Source: Bacillota bacterium | GTDB taxonomy: Bacteria > Bacillota > Sulfobacillia > Fermentithermobacillales > Fermentithermobacillaceae | Reading direction: 5' to 3' | NCBI GenBank assembly: GCA_033810155.1 | Contig: JAPXKJ010000004.1 | Span: 1-51,421 of the forward strand | Length of the DNA: 51,421 bases | In this document: in pieces, positions 50,489 to 51,421 of the stretch | Position numbering within the stretch: position 1 is the stretch's first letter | Layout: each line of letters starts with the position of its first letter | Program-made: the position numbers and the translations under genes | The notes under the pieces: generated by a model | Seen by the model: the letters and a program-made list of their open reading frames with translations, nothing else | What the model was told of the DNA's origin: nothing | Database searches by the model: none

Positions 50489-51421
50489 CTAAAAAGGGCT
50501 CGTAGCCGTAGCAGACGTTGACTCTATCCACTCTGCTATATCCTTTATAACCTCGGACGAAACATTGGACGGTTCAGTGTATTCGTTCGGGCTACTCTTC
50601 CCTGAACCGCTCATAAACAGGTGGTTTAGGTCTGGATATACCTTTATAGACACATTTGACTTGTCTTGCAGCGCTTCCTTCCATATATCAAGGTCAGTCG
50701 TAGTCACTTGGTAATCGCGTTCACCTTGAAGAATCAGAATCGGTAAAGTAAGTTGTTTTGTGGTTTCAACTTGGTCATATGCAAGTAGGTCGTCCCAATA
50801 CGCCTTAGGAGCGCCCAAGGCAAATTCTCCTTCTGCCAGTTTGCCGGATTTGATCTTCTCAACAGAAGCTCTCACCTCATTTATGCTTTCTGCTTCATCT
50901 GCATCCACATTTCCATCTAGGGCGGCAAGGTATTCAACCTGTTCTATGATGACATCGAGCAGATTTCTACTTGTCGGTGCCATCATAGCTATCCCGGCAA
51001 TTGACATGTCAGATTCTTCGCATTTCTGTGCGATCCTAGGGGCAACCGTAGCACCCAAACTATGGCCGACAATGAATATCTTGGTCGGATCTACTTCATC
51101 GACAGTCTTGAGAAAACCTACGGCAGATATGGCATCGTCTATGGTTTCTTCATTGATTGTCATATTTGTGGCATCCGCACTTCCGCCCGTAAACTCGTCC
51201 TGGTATTGCTTGGTCCTTTTTTCGTAGCGCAACACTGCAATGCCTCGAGAAGCCAAGCCCCACGCCAAATCCTTGTATGGTCTATTAGGACCTATAGTTC
51301 CGTCTCTGTCCAAAGGACCCGAGCCGTGAACCACTACTACTGCCGGAACCCTGTTATCTTGCGACGCGGATTTAGGCAAAGTAAGAGTGCCTGGAAGCAC
51401 CCAGTCCCCCTCGCCTACGAC
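50489..51421 (-). CDS. Alpha/beta-fold serine hydrolase (5' end outside the window)
   Basis: VVVHGSGP oxyanion region, nucleophile elbow GHSLGA and a late DLNHLF. The reading frame stays open to the window edge (VVGEGDWVLPGT...), so the GTG at 51400 is probably internal. Confidence 0.75.
   Translation of the reverse strand, partial: VVGEGDWVLPGTLTLPKSASQDNRVPAVVVVHGSGPLDRDGTIGPNRPYKDLAWGLASRGIAVLRYEKRTKQYQDEFTGGSADATNMTINEETIDDAISAVGFLKTVDEVDPTKIFIVGHSLGATVAPRIAQKCEESDMSIAGIAMMAPTSRNLLDVIIEQVEYLAALDGNVDADEAESINEVRASVEKIKSGKLAEGEFALGAPKAYWDDLLAYDQVETTKQLTLPILILQGERDYQVTTTDLDIWKEALQDKSNVSIKVYPDLNHLFMSGSGKSSPNEYTEPSNVSSEVIKDIAEWIESTSATATSPF

Overview
This is a core-genome window, almost entirely on the minus strand. 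The gene order looks like an endospore-forming Firmicute of the Clostridia type; I cannot name the species.

Read in the direction of transcription (high to low coordinates), the layout is:
- a partial alpha/beta hydrolase
- a tRNA-Tyr / initiator tRNA-fMet / tRNA-Thr cluster
- tuf (copy 2), rpmG, tRNA-Trp, secE, nusG, rplK, rplA, the L10 leader, rplJ, rplL and a strong terminator
- asd and dapA
- a promoter, then rpoB, rpoC and an MBL-fold hydrolase
- a promoter, then an L7Ae-like gene, rpsL, rpsG, fusA and tuf (copy 1), fused directly to the S10, spc and alpha ribosomal-protein clusters
- ecfA1, ecfA2, ecfT, truA, rplM, rpsI and cwlD

The first 10 kb is less canonical. It holds an AMMECR1 / radical-SAM (AmmeMemoRadiSam-type) locus with a COG2403 P-loop gene, a UPF0016 transporter, tRNA-Arg(CCG) and a NYN-domain gene convergent with the only plus-strand gene. 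It also holds a lipoprotein with two FMN-binding domains, a small ferredoxin, an M19 dipeptidase, a membrane-anchored GH18 protein and a CheW fragment.

I see no CRISPR array, IS element, prophage, toxin-antitoxin pair or defence island, and no clear-cut novel system.

The observations most worth a second look are:
- the AMMECR1-fusion / radical-SAM / P-loop operon, whose function is unknown
- the PplA-like flavinylation-motif lipoprotein
- a roughly 160-aa acidic-basic tail on RpoB
- a Cys4 insertion in both EF-Tu copies
- two almost identical tuf copies 18.7 kb apart
- absence of rpmD between rpsE and rplO
- asd-dapA and an MBL hydrolase inserted into the rif/str region
- operator-like tandem palindromes in the tRNA-tuf promoter

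Several start codons in the ORF track were moved to RBS-supported ATG/GTG/TTG starts. rpmJ, rpmG, the CheW fragment and six tRNAs were added by hand.
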